Part shown: positions 1-11,689 of the stretch, piece after piece
Layout: every line of letters starts with the position of its first letter
How positions within the stretch are numbered: the stretch's first letter is position 1
DNA from: Tubulanus polymorphus
Taxonomy: Eukaryota; Animalia; Nemertea
Length of the DNA stretch: 64,000 nt
Assembly (NCBI RefSeq): GCF_964204645.1
Contig: NC_134026.1
Coordinates: forward strand, 14,356,150 to 14,420,149
Reading direction: 5' to 3'
Translations under genes and position numbers: made by a program
The notes under the pieces: model-generated
The model's database searches: none
What the model was told of the DNA's origin: nothing
The model's input: only the letters and a program-made list of their open reading frames with translations

Positions 1-1203
1 TAGATGGTATTTCTTGTCCTTGATTATTGCCATAATTTTTCCGTCATTAGACCATGTAGCAGATACTGCCTGGTGTTTGAATACATGTTGTAAGAATTGC
101 GCTCTAGCACGGGTCAAGTTTTCGGAAATTCTCCTTTTTGAGCCTTTCTGCGCGCTTTGATGATCCTTTCCTTGTACGTGTGATGTAAGAACTTGACTAT
201 CATCTGTCTCGGAGTTCGCGGGTCTCTTGGTGGTTTACCTATACGATGGGCACGATCGATTGATTGAAAAAATCAACGCATCGATATACCGGATTTTCAT
301 CATTCGGTTCATTTAATCCAAAAATGCGTATCGAATACCTGCGCGTATACATTTCCAGCTCATCGGTATATATGTCTATTGCTGATAGTCTGCTGACATC
401 CGTGAGAGATCTTTCGATTGTATTACATTGTGTCTTTAGAAGATCGATAGAAGCTTGGAATTTTAGTTGGTCCTGCTTTCTGTTCATATCAAAAAGTAAC
501 GAATCAAGCTAATCAAATTTCTCGTCAATTATTGTTTTTGTTTCACGTCTAAATGATACTAGTATTGAGCCCACGATTGCTTGGATTATCTTTTTAACGT
601 GAAAGCTATTAAGTGCTTGCAAGATTCTAACTTCAAATAGTTATTCGTCTATCGATTTATCGGAATTTGGGAATACGTCGTCATATTCGGTTTCCTCGAC
701 TATGGACGGTTTTGATTTCTTTTTCGCATTGGTAGTTTTTGCAGTCTTTGGCATTAACGGCGTAGACGAGGACGACGATGAAAACCACTAGACCTGCTGT
801 CAAATTTTTTCCTTTTGTTACTGTTTTTGTTACTGTTATTATTTTTTCCAGACATTGCAATTTATCTATGATATTTGGCTTTGTGATTCCTAGCGATGAC
901 TTGAACGATCTATATGCTACGATCTATGCTATACGATTATACACATGTAAACTAATGTTGACGGCATTAGCATGACAGCTTGACACTGTACACTTGTCAA
1001 ACACTGATATCGATGAAATTTTTTATACAAATCACCTCGTACAAAACAATCCATCAATCCGATCACTAAAATAATCACATGACGACAAAGAGGAGACAAA
1101 ACTCAATTAATCCACTCGGTTCAAAAATAAGTTTTACAGTCGCATATCCACATAAAATGATCCTAAGGAGGAGCGAAAACAAACCGGTCCTACTTGTTCA
1201 GAG
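1..1203 (-). mobile_element. 5' end of a non-LTR retrotransposon (CR1/L2-like LINE): 5'UTR plus decayed ORF1, running off the window start
   Basis: Minus-strand fragments from ATG ~754 read 'ELEMYTRRYSIRIFGLNE', 'PRQMIVKF', 'ISENLTRARA' and 'TWSNDGKI'. This is the coiled-coil/RRM/CTD pattern of L1-type ORF1 in CR1/L2 LINEs, with stops and frameshifts. Homology to the HINE copy at 38094+ starts abruptly at ~1204. Confidence 0.7.
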
Positions 1204-4200
1204 CTGTGTAAACGTCAAATATGATCAGCTTTGAAACCGAACATACGCGGACGTACAATCAACAAATATTAATTTATTTGACCAGGCATTTATTTTGGCA
1301 TTCAAACATCATGATACTGTATTATCACCATGCTTAAAAATGGATCTGTCCTATTAAGAACTCATCTTAAGCACCTGCTGAGTCGATAGATTGAGTGAAT
1401 TTACAGATAAGAACGTATTATGATTTAGAATAGATTTAAGAAGTTAATGTTTTTATTGAAATATTTGAATAAATACATATATTGTAGTGTAGATTCAATC
1501 AATAAATTATGAATTGATCTGGTCTAGGTTTTCGGCTGATGTTGATTTTCGCTTTTATGGATCACAAATTCTATAGTGATAAACAATTGATACCTGCAAC
1601 ATGTGTGTAAATCAAACCTATTCCACTAGTTGCGTGTGTTTCCCAATAAACGGGAAAGTCACTCTTGCTGAGTTATTAGAAAAATAATGTTCATTTAGTT
1701 ATAGAAATTCATTGCCTTTTTGGAAATTCTGTAATAATATTTGTTCTGTCCTAATTTTTATTACTGTATGAACCAAAGATATGCTTTGTAAATATGATGT
1801 AATAAAATAAATTTGAATTTGAATTAAATTTGAACATGAGAATCAAGCAAAGCTTGTGTTTTTTCAACTTGTCTTAAATCCAAATTGGCTAAAAAGTACA
1901 TAGGACTAAATGAAACGAACTGTTAGTTACTGCAAACCTATTCCAGTGTTATGTCGATCGTGTTGAATCACTTTCCTTGAGTTGAAAGAATCAGATCTTC
2001 TATGGTGCAACATCGGTCGAAGAGAGATATCTTGGTGTTGACTGTCCTTGACCATCTAACTGCATGCATTCGACATTGGAATCAGCATCATACCCATTTG
2101 AACTGCAAAATATTCATTCAACATGAAAACCTACAGTACATGTATACAGTAATCAAACTTTTACCGATGTTGGATATTTGAATGAACGTTGGGCTTATTT
2201 CAGTATTCTAAAGCAGGAAATAATCAGCCCAATCAATAGGCCCTATTCCCATTGGAACAATTGTACATGTATAATGCGTACGCTATACCGTACACTTATC
2301 AGTCAAGAATGGAGAAATCGGTATACCAAACCTACGAACAGCAAAATGTACAGGCCTTCAATGATTTCTGGTATACAAGCCAGGGGCGGATCCAGACCGT
2401 ATTAGCCGTATTGCCCAATACGGTCTAGAATTTTTAAGTGCCCTTCGAAATTTCACCGGCAATATTTTTGACGGCATTATTTCAGCAACCGCTAATTCCG
2501 TGTCCGTAATCCGGGCATAATTATAAAATTAATCGGTATATACTGCTGCCGAGAAAGTGAGGAGAGATAATCATATTTGTAAAGCCTTTAATCATGATAA
2601 ATTAAAAAGGGCACTTTCCTTTTGCAAGGGGCACTCATGCTTTAGATGAGGGCACCTTGTCCTTGCCTTTTTAGGGAGGGCTAAAGGGGCACTCGTACTT
2701 TAGAAGAGGGCACTATACGCGGAAAGTGTTGAAGAAAAGGGCACTTTTTGGCCTAATTTTTAAAAATTTTAAGGGCACTTTTGGTTTGGAAGATGGCACA
2801 CGACATAAGGATAAATGTGAAGACGAGGCAATTTTTGCCGATTGTTAACAATGAAGGGGCACTAAGCCGTATTCTGTATAAATTGTTAAGGGGCACTTTT
2901 AAAGATTATAGGGGCACTAGGCGAAGTTGGCGACAACCATTCTTTCATGGGTTCGCCAGCTTCATTTTTTTATCCGCATCTGTTGAAATATTGTCTCGAA
3001 TTCGTTTCCCAGACCCCCCTCTGAGGACTTCGCGCCTTCGGCGCTCGCATTGACCTGGATACTGGGTGTGCCCTAAGATCAGAAAGGTGCCCTTAAGCAG
3101 GTCAGAGAAGGCCTGGCCAAATTTAATCACATGGCTTAAATCAATTAGCCTTTCTGCGTTTGAATACTTCACTGTATTGTGGGATCATTCATTTATTACG
3201 TACGCATTAGGGGAGGGGGAGGGGTCAGGGCAATTACATTCCGGTAATGCTTAATGTACATGAAAAAATGGCAGATTTTGCGTACAGAGGGAGAGGGGGT
3301 TGAAATAATCAAATTTTATGCGTACGTAATAAATGAATGATCCCTGTTTTAAAAATAGGCCTATCGAGTGAATTAGTACATAGACTGAATTAGACTTTAG
3401 GCTAGTCCTGGCCAAATCCTATCCATGTTATAATTGCACCAGTTATAGTAACATCACTGTAGGGCCGACGAGAGGGAAAAAGTTGTGTTTGTAGTACATA
3501 GGCATGGTAGGCTTGTCGTACTCACTTAATTCCCGGTACTTAAAACGCTGTTGTTACCTGTACGTGACTGTACGGTGATTTCTACAGGTTAGCCGTATGT
3601 GAGTATGTTGACACTCAGACTTGCAATATTGGGATTCGAAACCAAACGAAAAAAAAAATCCAGTTGTAGTCCAGTGATTTACCCACTGTGCCACAGAACG
3701 TAACTGCAGGGTGGATGAAATTTGATTTACAAATAGCCCAGCCTCACCTAACCCAAACTCTATTCTTTCACGCATGCACGTTTGCAGATTATAGGAACTA
3801 ACTTACGGCCTTTTAAGGGAACCCGTGGATATCACCGTACAGTAACGTACGGGTAACAACTTCGTACTTAAAAATGGTATTGGCTACTAGGAACTCACGT
3901 ACGGCGTTAGTAGGGAACTCACGTACGCTTAACCTGTGGAGATCACCATACAGTCACGTTCGAGTAACAACTACGTACTAACTGGTATTGGCTACTATAT
4001 AATAGGCCTATAGACAAATAAATACCGGCACTGCGGTAGGCTTTCTCAGCTTCCACACTTCACAACCGAACCAACTGACCAACCAGTATATTTATTCCCA
4101 GTACGCACCAACCGGCACAGGCCAAACACTGTTTGTCAACTTTGTGTACCGTAGTAGGCTGATCGATAATCACCTGGTACTTTTCTGTCGTTTGTTTTCT

Positions 4201-4809
4201 CTCTGAGACGAACGTAATTCTAGCAGCCCTCCGCGACTCAACGACCTTGATTTTAACTTGATCAATTCAAAATCTTTTTATTGACGCTTTTGGTTACATG
4301 AACTGATCAGCAATATACTTAAATGAAATAACCGGAATAACAAGAAATCAAAAATATTCAAGAGGTAACAAACAAATACCCGTAAACCTGTCAGACACGC
4401 AAACGCCGGACTCGTAAACTCTTGGACTCGGACCCGCTGAGCAATAAATTCATAAAATTGACTTTGAAATTGATTGTGGAGAAGAGAGGGAATAATTCGA
4501 TAGCTCTTCCTCACAAAGAAGAGAGAAATTTCGCAAAGAAAACACAACATGGCTACTAATTGAACGGAGCCAAATTTCCGACGTTTACGGCTCGACGGTG
4601 CCTTTATAACGTGGATTTATCAAAATTCCCATGCAGTATCTGGAGATTGAAGTGAGCTGAAGGATATCATACGGATTGTATCGGCGACAGCGGTAAGGTA
4701 AGGAAGCCTTTACACTTTTAACAAAAACTATGTGGAAAAGAGAAAAAAATAATAATAATAATCACGCGAATTTCAATAGGGTTTTCTGTGAAGCAACAGA
4801 AAACCCTAA
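1204..4809 (-). mobile_element. Non-autonomous Helentron-type (HINE/DINE-1-like) element, copy 1, interrupted by the LINE
   Basis: Colinear with 38094-41840. Ends in the palindromic subterminal repeat TAGGGTTTTCTGT-gaagca-ACAGAAAACCCTA in an A/T context. Confidence 0.75.
2381..3095. mobile_element. MITE-like DNA transposon fragment nested in HINE copy 1
   Basis: Absent from the sister copy at ~39840. Starts CAGGGGCGGATCCAG and contains many AGGGCAC motifs. The second terminus is not seen. Confidence 0.55.
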
Positions 4810-4848
4810 TTAATCAAATGTATTATAATAATAATAATATGTAATATT

Positions 4849-5079
4849 AATCAAATTGATTACTATACTGGTAATAAATATGCGCTATGGTTAGATTTTA
4901 GAACAACAGATGATAATTCATTACATGGTTCTGGTAAAAAAACTACAAAATACAAAAGATGGAATACAATTATTCATGACAAAGAAGAAAGGAAGCTTAA
5001 ATTTCAAAATGCACATTTATATTGTATCTGACGCACAATTAAATATTGTTTATTCTCAATTCATAAGTGTTATGTATTA
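4849..5079 (+). pseudogene. Major capsid protein C-terminal remnant
   Basis: 'NQIDYYTGNKYALWLDFRTTDDNSLHGSGKK...MHIYIVSDAQLNIV' matches the C-terminus of ORF 45464-46105. Confidence 0.8.
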
Positions 5080-5112
5080 AAATTTGAGTTTTAATAAAAA
5101 TTTATATTATAA

Positions 5113-5898
5113 ATGGAGGCAGGTTAAGTATATAAACATATTCCATACATTGATAAACATGAAAATAATGATGGCTTATATTATGTAATACCTTGTAATA
5201 TAGCTTTAATATTTGATCCTATTTTCAAAAATTATAAAACTAAACTAATTGAAATCGATAATAATAAAAGTGAAGTTGTTGATAATTTAAGTAATGAAAT
5301 TGATAATAATGTTTTACCTTCTACATCTAATAATGTTTTACCTTCTACATATAATAATGAAATAATATTAGAATATAGTGAAAATAGAAATTATTATGGT
5401 TATTGTAAAGGTGAATTTTCAAACAGCCCATCAAATTGGAATAACCATATGAATACATTTGTACATATTACTAATGTTATAAAACGTGTTGGTAAAAGAG
5501 AATTTATAGAACACCCATTTAGATATGTTGCAAAGGTTATTTCAAATAAAAAAGTAAATGGTAAAGATTTATATAGAGATTTTTTAGGTAAATTTTTATC
5601 TAAGGAACCTAGTAAAGATGAATTAGATTTAACTGATGCTAATAAAATATTAGGATCAAACATTGTAAAAAAAATATTAAGGCCAAACACTAAGAAAGAG
5701 GATATTGAAGATTATTTAGATACAGATTGGACAAAAGATGAAGTAGTAACTATTGATGATGCGGTAGTTAGGTTAAAAAAGGATTATAATGAAGAAACTT
5801 ATGATGATCCGGTAGAAAGGTTTAATAAATTGTTTGAGTTTGATGATGAATTGGAGGATGATGATGAAAATAATGTTAATTATCTCACATTCACATAA
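5113..5898 (+). pseudogene. Maverick accessory ORF of unknown function (includes ORF 5449-5898)
   Basis: TAAATG start. The 'ALIFDPIFK..KTKLIEIDNNK' segment and NNVLPSTS repeat are shared with ORF 29877-31385. Acidic C-terminus. Confidence 0.6.
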
Positions 5899-6150
5899 TA
5901 TATTAGTTGAAAATGGTATAAAAATAATAGTTAATAAAAAAGGGGGTTTTAAGCATTTAGGTATCTTATACGTATCTAATACGTATTTAAGTATTTATGT
6001 ATCTAATATGTATTAATCTATATAACTTCTATTATTTTCAAACTTAGTTGAAAAAATAAAAATATTTTAGTTGAAAATTAAAATAAATAATATATTAAAA
6101 AAAAATATTTTAAGCATTTACGTATCTAATACATAAATGCTTTAAATGCC

Positions 6151-6762
6151 TTATTTTATAAATTTATATTCATAAGGAAATTGAAGCCTCAGAAGTAATT
6201 TTGAGCCTTTATTACTTTTTAATTTATTCATATATTCATCATGTAATTCAGTAGGTATAATTTGATTTTCTTCCAATGATTGTTGCATAGATTTTCTATC
6301 TTTATTGTAGAATAAAACTAAAAATCTTATATTCTCCCTAAAATCTTTAACAATTGAATTATATTTTTGATTTAAAACCCACGTTGTCATCCCAAAATGT
6401 CTTCCAGAGAAAGCTAAATAGCAAAGTTCACTTTCTCTAACTTTTGAATCATGTAAATTAGCACAATCATCTATAATAAATAATGTAATTGAACCTTTAT
6501 AAATATCAATTGCTATTTTTATACAATTATCTCAATTTTCTTTTACTAGTTTAGGATTTAATATAATAAACTTTTTTATCTTAACTATATCTCTATCATA
6601 TGTTTTATCCATTTCATAAGTAGGGCAGAATAATATTATATTATCATAATGATTCTTATAAATAGTTCCTAATAGATCTAATATAAAATGGGTTTTACCA
6701 CAGTTTGTTACTCCAGTAATTAACATATTATGCGGTTCAAATATAAATAAATCTTTATTCAT
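6151..6762 (-). pseudogene. A32/FtsK-like packaging ATPase (internal stop)
   Basis: Walker A GVTNCGKT and the SGRHFG motif. Nearly identical to 28880-29490. Confidence 0.9.
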
Positions 6763-7849
6763 TTATTCTTTTAATTTTACTAGATAAAATCCATTCATTA
6801 AATTTATCATCATACCCTTTATATTTCACAAAGAATACTTTTTTCCTTTAAGAGTTTTTGTTTTCAATATCTTCTCTATTTTGTATTCTATTTCATCAGG
6901 ATTTGGTACAAGTGATAATTATTGTTCATAAAAGTAACCTAATATTTCTTCATCTTTGAAATCTACTAATTTATAAACAAATGGTTTAGTTAATATTATC
7001 TTTTTAATTTTAAATATTTCTTCAGTAAAATTAGGAGTATAACCTTTATAAAATGTTTTTCGATATTTAGATATTCTTACATGTTGTCCTATTTTAAATT
7101 TAGGTTCTCCAAAATCATGTGTAACAAACGCTCCATATAAATTATTCCAAACAACTTCTGAATTATCTTCTTTTCTAGCTTGTATAGGTTTCATATTTAT
7201 AGAACTATGTTTAGAATTATCATAACCTTTAACTAAATCATCTAACACATCGATATATTTATATGTTTCGTTAGCAGTGAAATATTTCCACATTCTAGTT
7301 CTCAATGTTTAATTAAATCTTTCTATAATAAATGCTTTTATATCTGAGTGTGTTGAAAAATAATCCACATCGTTATCAGATAATAATTTTTTGAAATGTT
7401 TATTATAGAATTCCTTACCTTCATCAAATTGTATCTTACCTGGAATAGCTTCCTTAAATATTGATTTTAAGGCATTAGTAACTTCTATACCAGTTTTATT
7501 TTTGATTGGTATACTCCATGCGTATCTACTGAATATATCTCTAACATTTAATATCCAGAAATATCCTTTGTTGTGTTCTTCTAAGTTCTTCATGTCAATC
7601 AAATCTGCTTGCCATTGTTGGTCAATATATGAAACCATTACTTTTCTCGTTAAATAATTTCTATCCATTTTCTTGTGGATATGATATGTTGGTTGACTTT
7701 GTAACTATAATTTTAATTCACTATATTTTATATTTTCTTTATCAGATTTAATTTTATCCCATAATTCTGAAACACTAGAATATAACACTAGAGTATACTT
7801 CACTTTCTGGGTTATAATATAAATCTCTTAAATATTGTTCTTTTTTCAT
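6755..7849 (-). pseudogene. Retroviral-like (RVE/DDE) integrase with C-terminal chromodomain, disrupted
   Basis: Motifs WQADLIDM, DIFSRYAW, IQFDEGKEF, IERFN and YKIEKILK..VKYKGYDDKFNEWI. Confidence 0.92.
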
Positions 7850-7855
7850 CTTATT

Positions 7856-8219
7856 TTAATCCATTAATAATAATTTCGATTTAGTTTCAATGATTTTATC
7901 ACTTGACTTATTTTCTGGTATATTAGATTCATTATTATCATCATCTTTATTATCAGATTTATACTTATATTTATATGTTACACCGGAGAATATAATAACT
8001 GTTACTAATCCAATTGTAATATATAATTTATTATTACTTCCAGCATTAGAAGAATTAGATGGATTATCATTCGAATCAATATCAGATAATTTCTGTGATT
8101 CATTTATATCAGTTAATTTCTTTTGCTTAGCTCTTTTTAATTCTGAAGATCTTTCACCCAACTCCCTTGCCCATTTAATTTGTTTTCGGATCTAGGCTTC
8201 TTCTTAACGTCATCACTCA
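7856..8219 (-). pseudogene. Small single-TM Maverick protein
   Basis: Homolog of 27405-27773, with the hydrophobic stretch LYITIGLVTVIIFSGV. Confidence 0.7.
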
Positions 8220-8773
8220 TTTATTTTAGTTAATTTTTGTTCTGATTCATTTTCTGTTTCGCCGTGTGGGTGTTGTACGGCACCATCTGTTTCGTTCTTA
8301 CCTGATTTATGTTCTATAGGCTTGATATTCGAAAATGTTACGACACCAGTAGAAATCAATGTCATTATTCCTCCTAATTGGAATGAAGCGTATCCAACCC
8401 ATTTTTGTAATATAGTCATAATTAAATAGTCATTTTTTAAATCGTTATATAATTCATTTTCAATATTAATTGACATTAACCGGTTACATAATTTAGAGTA
8501 ACATTTGACAATACCATCAGAAATAGAATCATTTATTCTAGCTAATCTTGACTCTTCATGAATCTTAAAATATTTTATTACTTTATCCGGTTTCATGGCA
8601 TATTATTCTTGAAAAGTAATAATTCTATTTAAAAATTCCTTAGATTTTCCACCAGCAATTAATAATTCTAGATGGTGCTTACAATATAAATAGTATTCAT
8701 AATCAATATTATAATCAATATTATTTATAACACTGTTTGTAATATTGATAGTTTGTGATTGTTCTGACTCCAT
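8213..8773 (-). pseudogene. Maverick ORF homologous to 26804-27412, starting with the N-terminus of ORF 24432
   Basis: MESEQSQTINITN is joined directly to IDYEYYLYCKHHLELL. Confidence 0.7.
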
Positions 8774-9111
8774 TTATAATATATATTTTTGTTAAAAATT
8801 GATTAACATTTTAGAATCCTCTTCCATTCGTCGGCTAACGTCATCCTTTTTCATTCCTCGCTACTTTTGATAAGTCATTTCAGATCCTTGATATCAAAAT
8901 CATACCAGTTACAATATCCATGCCGCATGCGCACTGGGCAAAAGCGCGCAATCCTTATCTCACTACTATGTCTATCTACGCGGTTTTAGTTTTATTATGT
9001 CTTGATTTTTGGGATTTATCTATATCAATTTTACATGTTGAACAGAAGTTCTTATTTGCTTCCATTTTTTATTAAAATTGATTTTAGAAGTTATTAGATT
9101 AATATTTTAAG

Positions 9112-9224
9112 AGTAATAGGGAATATAGGGGTTCAGATTAAAGGTTGAGAGGGCGAGTTCATAAAAATGAAAAATAAATTCGAGTGTGCGAGAATTTATC
9201 TGAACCCCTATATTCCCTATTACC
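9112..9224. repeat. Maverick terminus-like palindrome (TIR variant)
   Basis: AGTAATAGGGAATATAGGGGTTCAGAT ... ATCTGAACCCCTATATTCCCTATTACC, next to a pPolB start fragment as in B. Confidence 0.75.
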
Positions 9225-9399
9225 GATTTATATATTTTTTACATTTAGAACATGCCTTATAGTAAATATTTATTACACTATTTGTATATTTATAGTTTGT
9301 GGTTGTTTATATCATATTCGCATTTATATTAACATCTTTATAATATGATGAATTGCTTTCATCTATTGGTTTGGATTTTTTATATTTTGTATTATAAAC

Positions 9400-10155
9400 A
9401 TGTAAACTTATAAATATAATTTCATCAAATATCAAACCAGATCCTTCAAAATGCATCTCGTCTCTTTTATTTTTTCACGTCATTATAACATTCATTTAAT
9501 TTATCAACTATATGTTGTTTTGAAATAATATGTTGTGAATGAGAATATATATTATATATTGGTTTATCTTCAGATTTTATAAATCTTATTTAGCATATGT
9601 ACTTATTTTTGGATGTTCTGCATCTGTAATTATTTCAATTGTATTTTTTATATTTTCTAAATGTAATTTATTTTTTCTGATGTTTTAACTTCATAAAATT
9701 TGAATTCAATAGAGGCTGGACCAATGTTTCATTTAAATGCAATTCAGTTATTTCTATTTCTCTTTTATAATCTAATGAATTAATATAATTTCTAACATTT
9801 CCATGTATGGGCTTTTATTTCTTAATTTATTTTTTATTTTTCTAATTGTCTTTTGTTTTTATCATTATCTTTATCAAAAAAATCTTCACCTCAATTATTA
9901 TTATTAATATTTCTAATAGGATTTTTAGATTTGTTGTTTATAATATCTTTTGTTACTGAATGATTGAATTCATGTATCACATGTATATATTCCTTTTTCT
10001 TTAATTCTTCGAATTTAGTTCCTAATATATCATCTGTATATTTTAATATCAATTCATTTTCTCAGTGAGATTAAGTATTATTATGTCTTGCTTTCTGAGA
10101 TTTATCTATATTAACTTTACATGTTAGACAGTAGTACTTGTTATTTGCTTCCATT
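9400..10155 (-). pseudogene. pPolB N-terminal (zinc finger) fragment
   Basis: MEANNKYYCLTCKVNIDKSQKARH matches 37155-37871. Confidence 0.75.
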
Positions 10156-10189
10156 TTAATGACAAATTTTTTATTAAAATTGATTTCAT

Positions 10190-10530
10190 TTTATTGAAAA
10201 TTTATATCATGACATCCTTTTTCATTCTTACCTTTATATATGAAATAGAAATCACCAGAACATAATTCTTCAATATGTTCAGTAGATAATCTATGAAATC
10301 TGTCTGGTAAATACGTTATGAGTTTATATTTATTTCCTTTTAATCCGTCATATTATAAATGAATTACTAATTTATTACCAGATTCATCAATATTTGCAAT
10401 TTAATATTTCTTAAAAATTATTAATTCTGTTAACTTATTAAATTTATAATCTACTGATTTTACATTCGTAGCATCTTTAATTCTAGTTAGAAATGATTTG
10501 TTGTTGTCACTGTGTACTTACTTACTCTCT
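10190..10530 (-). pseudogene. Decayed homolog of ORF 33551-33904
   Basis: Nucleotide match covering the YLPDRFHRLS and LCSGDFYF segments. Confidence 0.7.
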
Positions 10531-10660
10531 ATTTATTATACTAATTTTTAATTAAATTTGATTTAAGAAGTATCAAATTTCATAAATATGATATTCATAA
10601 ATATGGTATTCATTTATATGATATTCATATATATGAAATTCATATATATATAATTGTTAG

Positions 10661-10774
10661 AGTAAGTGCATATATGTCTTTTCAGATTAAAGGTTGAAAG
10701 GTTGAGAGGGTGTGTATTCCCAATTGGGATTACCCTCTCTCAACCTTTTGACCTTTGATCTGAAAAGACTTACT
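10661..10774. repeat. Second Maverick terminus-like palindrome
   Basis: AGTAAG..TCTTTTCAGATTAAAGGTT ... ACCTTTGATCTGAAAAGACTTACT. Confidence 0.7.
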
Positions 10775-10818
10775 GATTGATTATTACTTTCAATTATTTC
10801 ATGTTGAATATTATATGC

Positions 10819-11675
10819 TTTTAGTTCCGCTGTGACCGAAGGTCAGCGGATGAGCTTCGAGTAATTATCGGTCCGACTATCCATCCGTCCGTCAACTTTT
10901 GCTTCAATTTCTTACTTGTGCTACAGTTCTTTTTTAATCTTAACCAAACATGGTATGAAGGTAATATCGGCCAAGAGCTAAAAATCTGTAGGGCCGTTTT
11001 CTTAATTTGCTTACTAGGGGGCGCTGTAGGGGTGGCGCTCCTAAAAATTCTTAAATCGCTACTTTCCTACAATTATAATCCGATCTTGACGAAACTTGGT
11101 TTCTAGATACTTAGGCCAAGGGACAAAATGTTATGGACCCATTTTCCCATTTTGACCTTTAGGGGCGCTGTACAGGTCACATTTGTAAAATCTTTAAATC
11201 GCTATTCGTCATACAATTATAGTCCGTTGTTGACGAAACTTTGTTTGTAGATACTATGGGCCAAGGGCTAAAAACTTATAGAGCGGTTTTCTAAATTTAA
11301 CCTCTAGGGGGGCACTGTACGGTTAGCGCTTGTTAAATCTTTAAATCGCTACTTGTCCTTCAATTATTATCCAATCTTGACGAAATAAGGTATGTCAATA
11401 TTTTTAACCATGGGCTAAATGTTACTGAGCCATTTTCCAAATCTAATATCTAGGGGGCGCTGTACGGGTCACACTTGTTAAATCTTTCAATTGCTACTAG
11501 TCCTACAATCGTTATCTGGTATTGACGAAGCTTTGTATGTAGATACTATGGGCCGAGGGCTTAAAAGTTAAAGAGCTGTTTTCTGGATTTGAACTCTTGA
11601 GAGTGCTGTGTAGGTGGTCCTTGTAAAATCTTATCATAAAACAGCGGAGCTGTATCAGCCGATAGGCTGCTTGTT
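10819..11675 (+). mobile_element. HINE/DINE-1-like element with internal ~150-bp tandem repeats
   Basis: 5' TTTTAGTTCCGCTG..CAGCGGA fold-back and a TCCG microsatellite. Repeated TAGGGGGCGCTGTA units. 3' subTIR ACAGCGGAGC followed by stem-loop CAGCCGATAGGCTG and CTTGTT. Confidence 0.75.
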
Positions 11676-11689
11676 ATATTTCTTGATGA

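Larger units (their letters stand above)
4810..10774. mobile_element. Maverick/Polinton relic A (rearranged mosaic, same family as B, integrase/ATPase block in opposite orientation)
   Basis: Contains an MCP C-terminus, ATPase, integrase, two pPolB N-terminal fragments and two terminus-like palindromes. Close nucleotide similarity to B and C. Confidence 0.9.
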
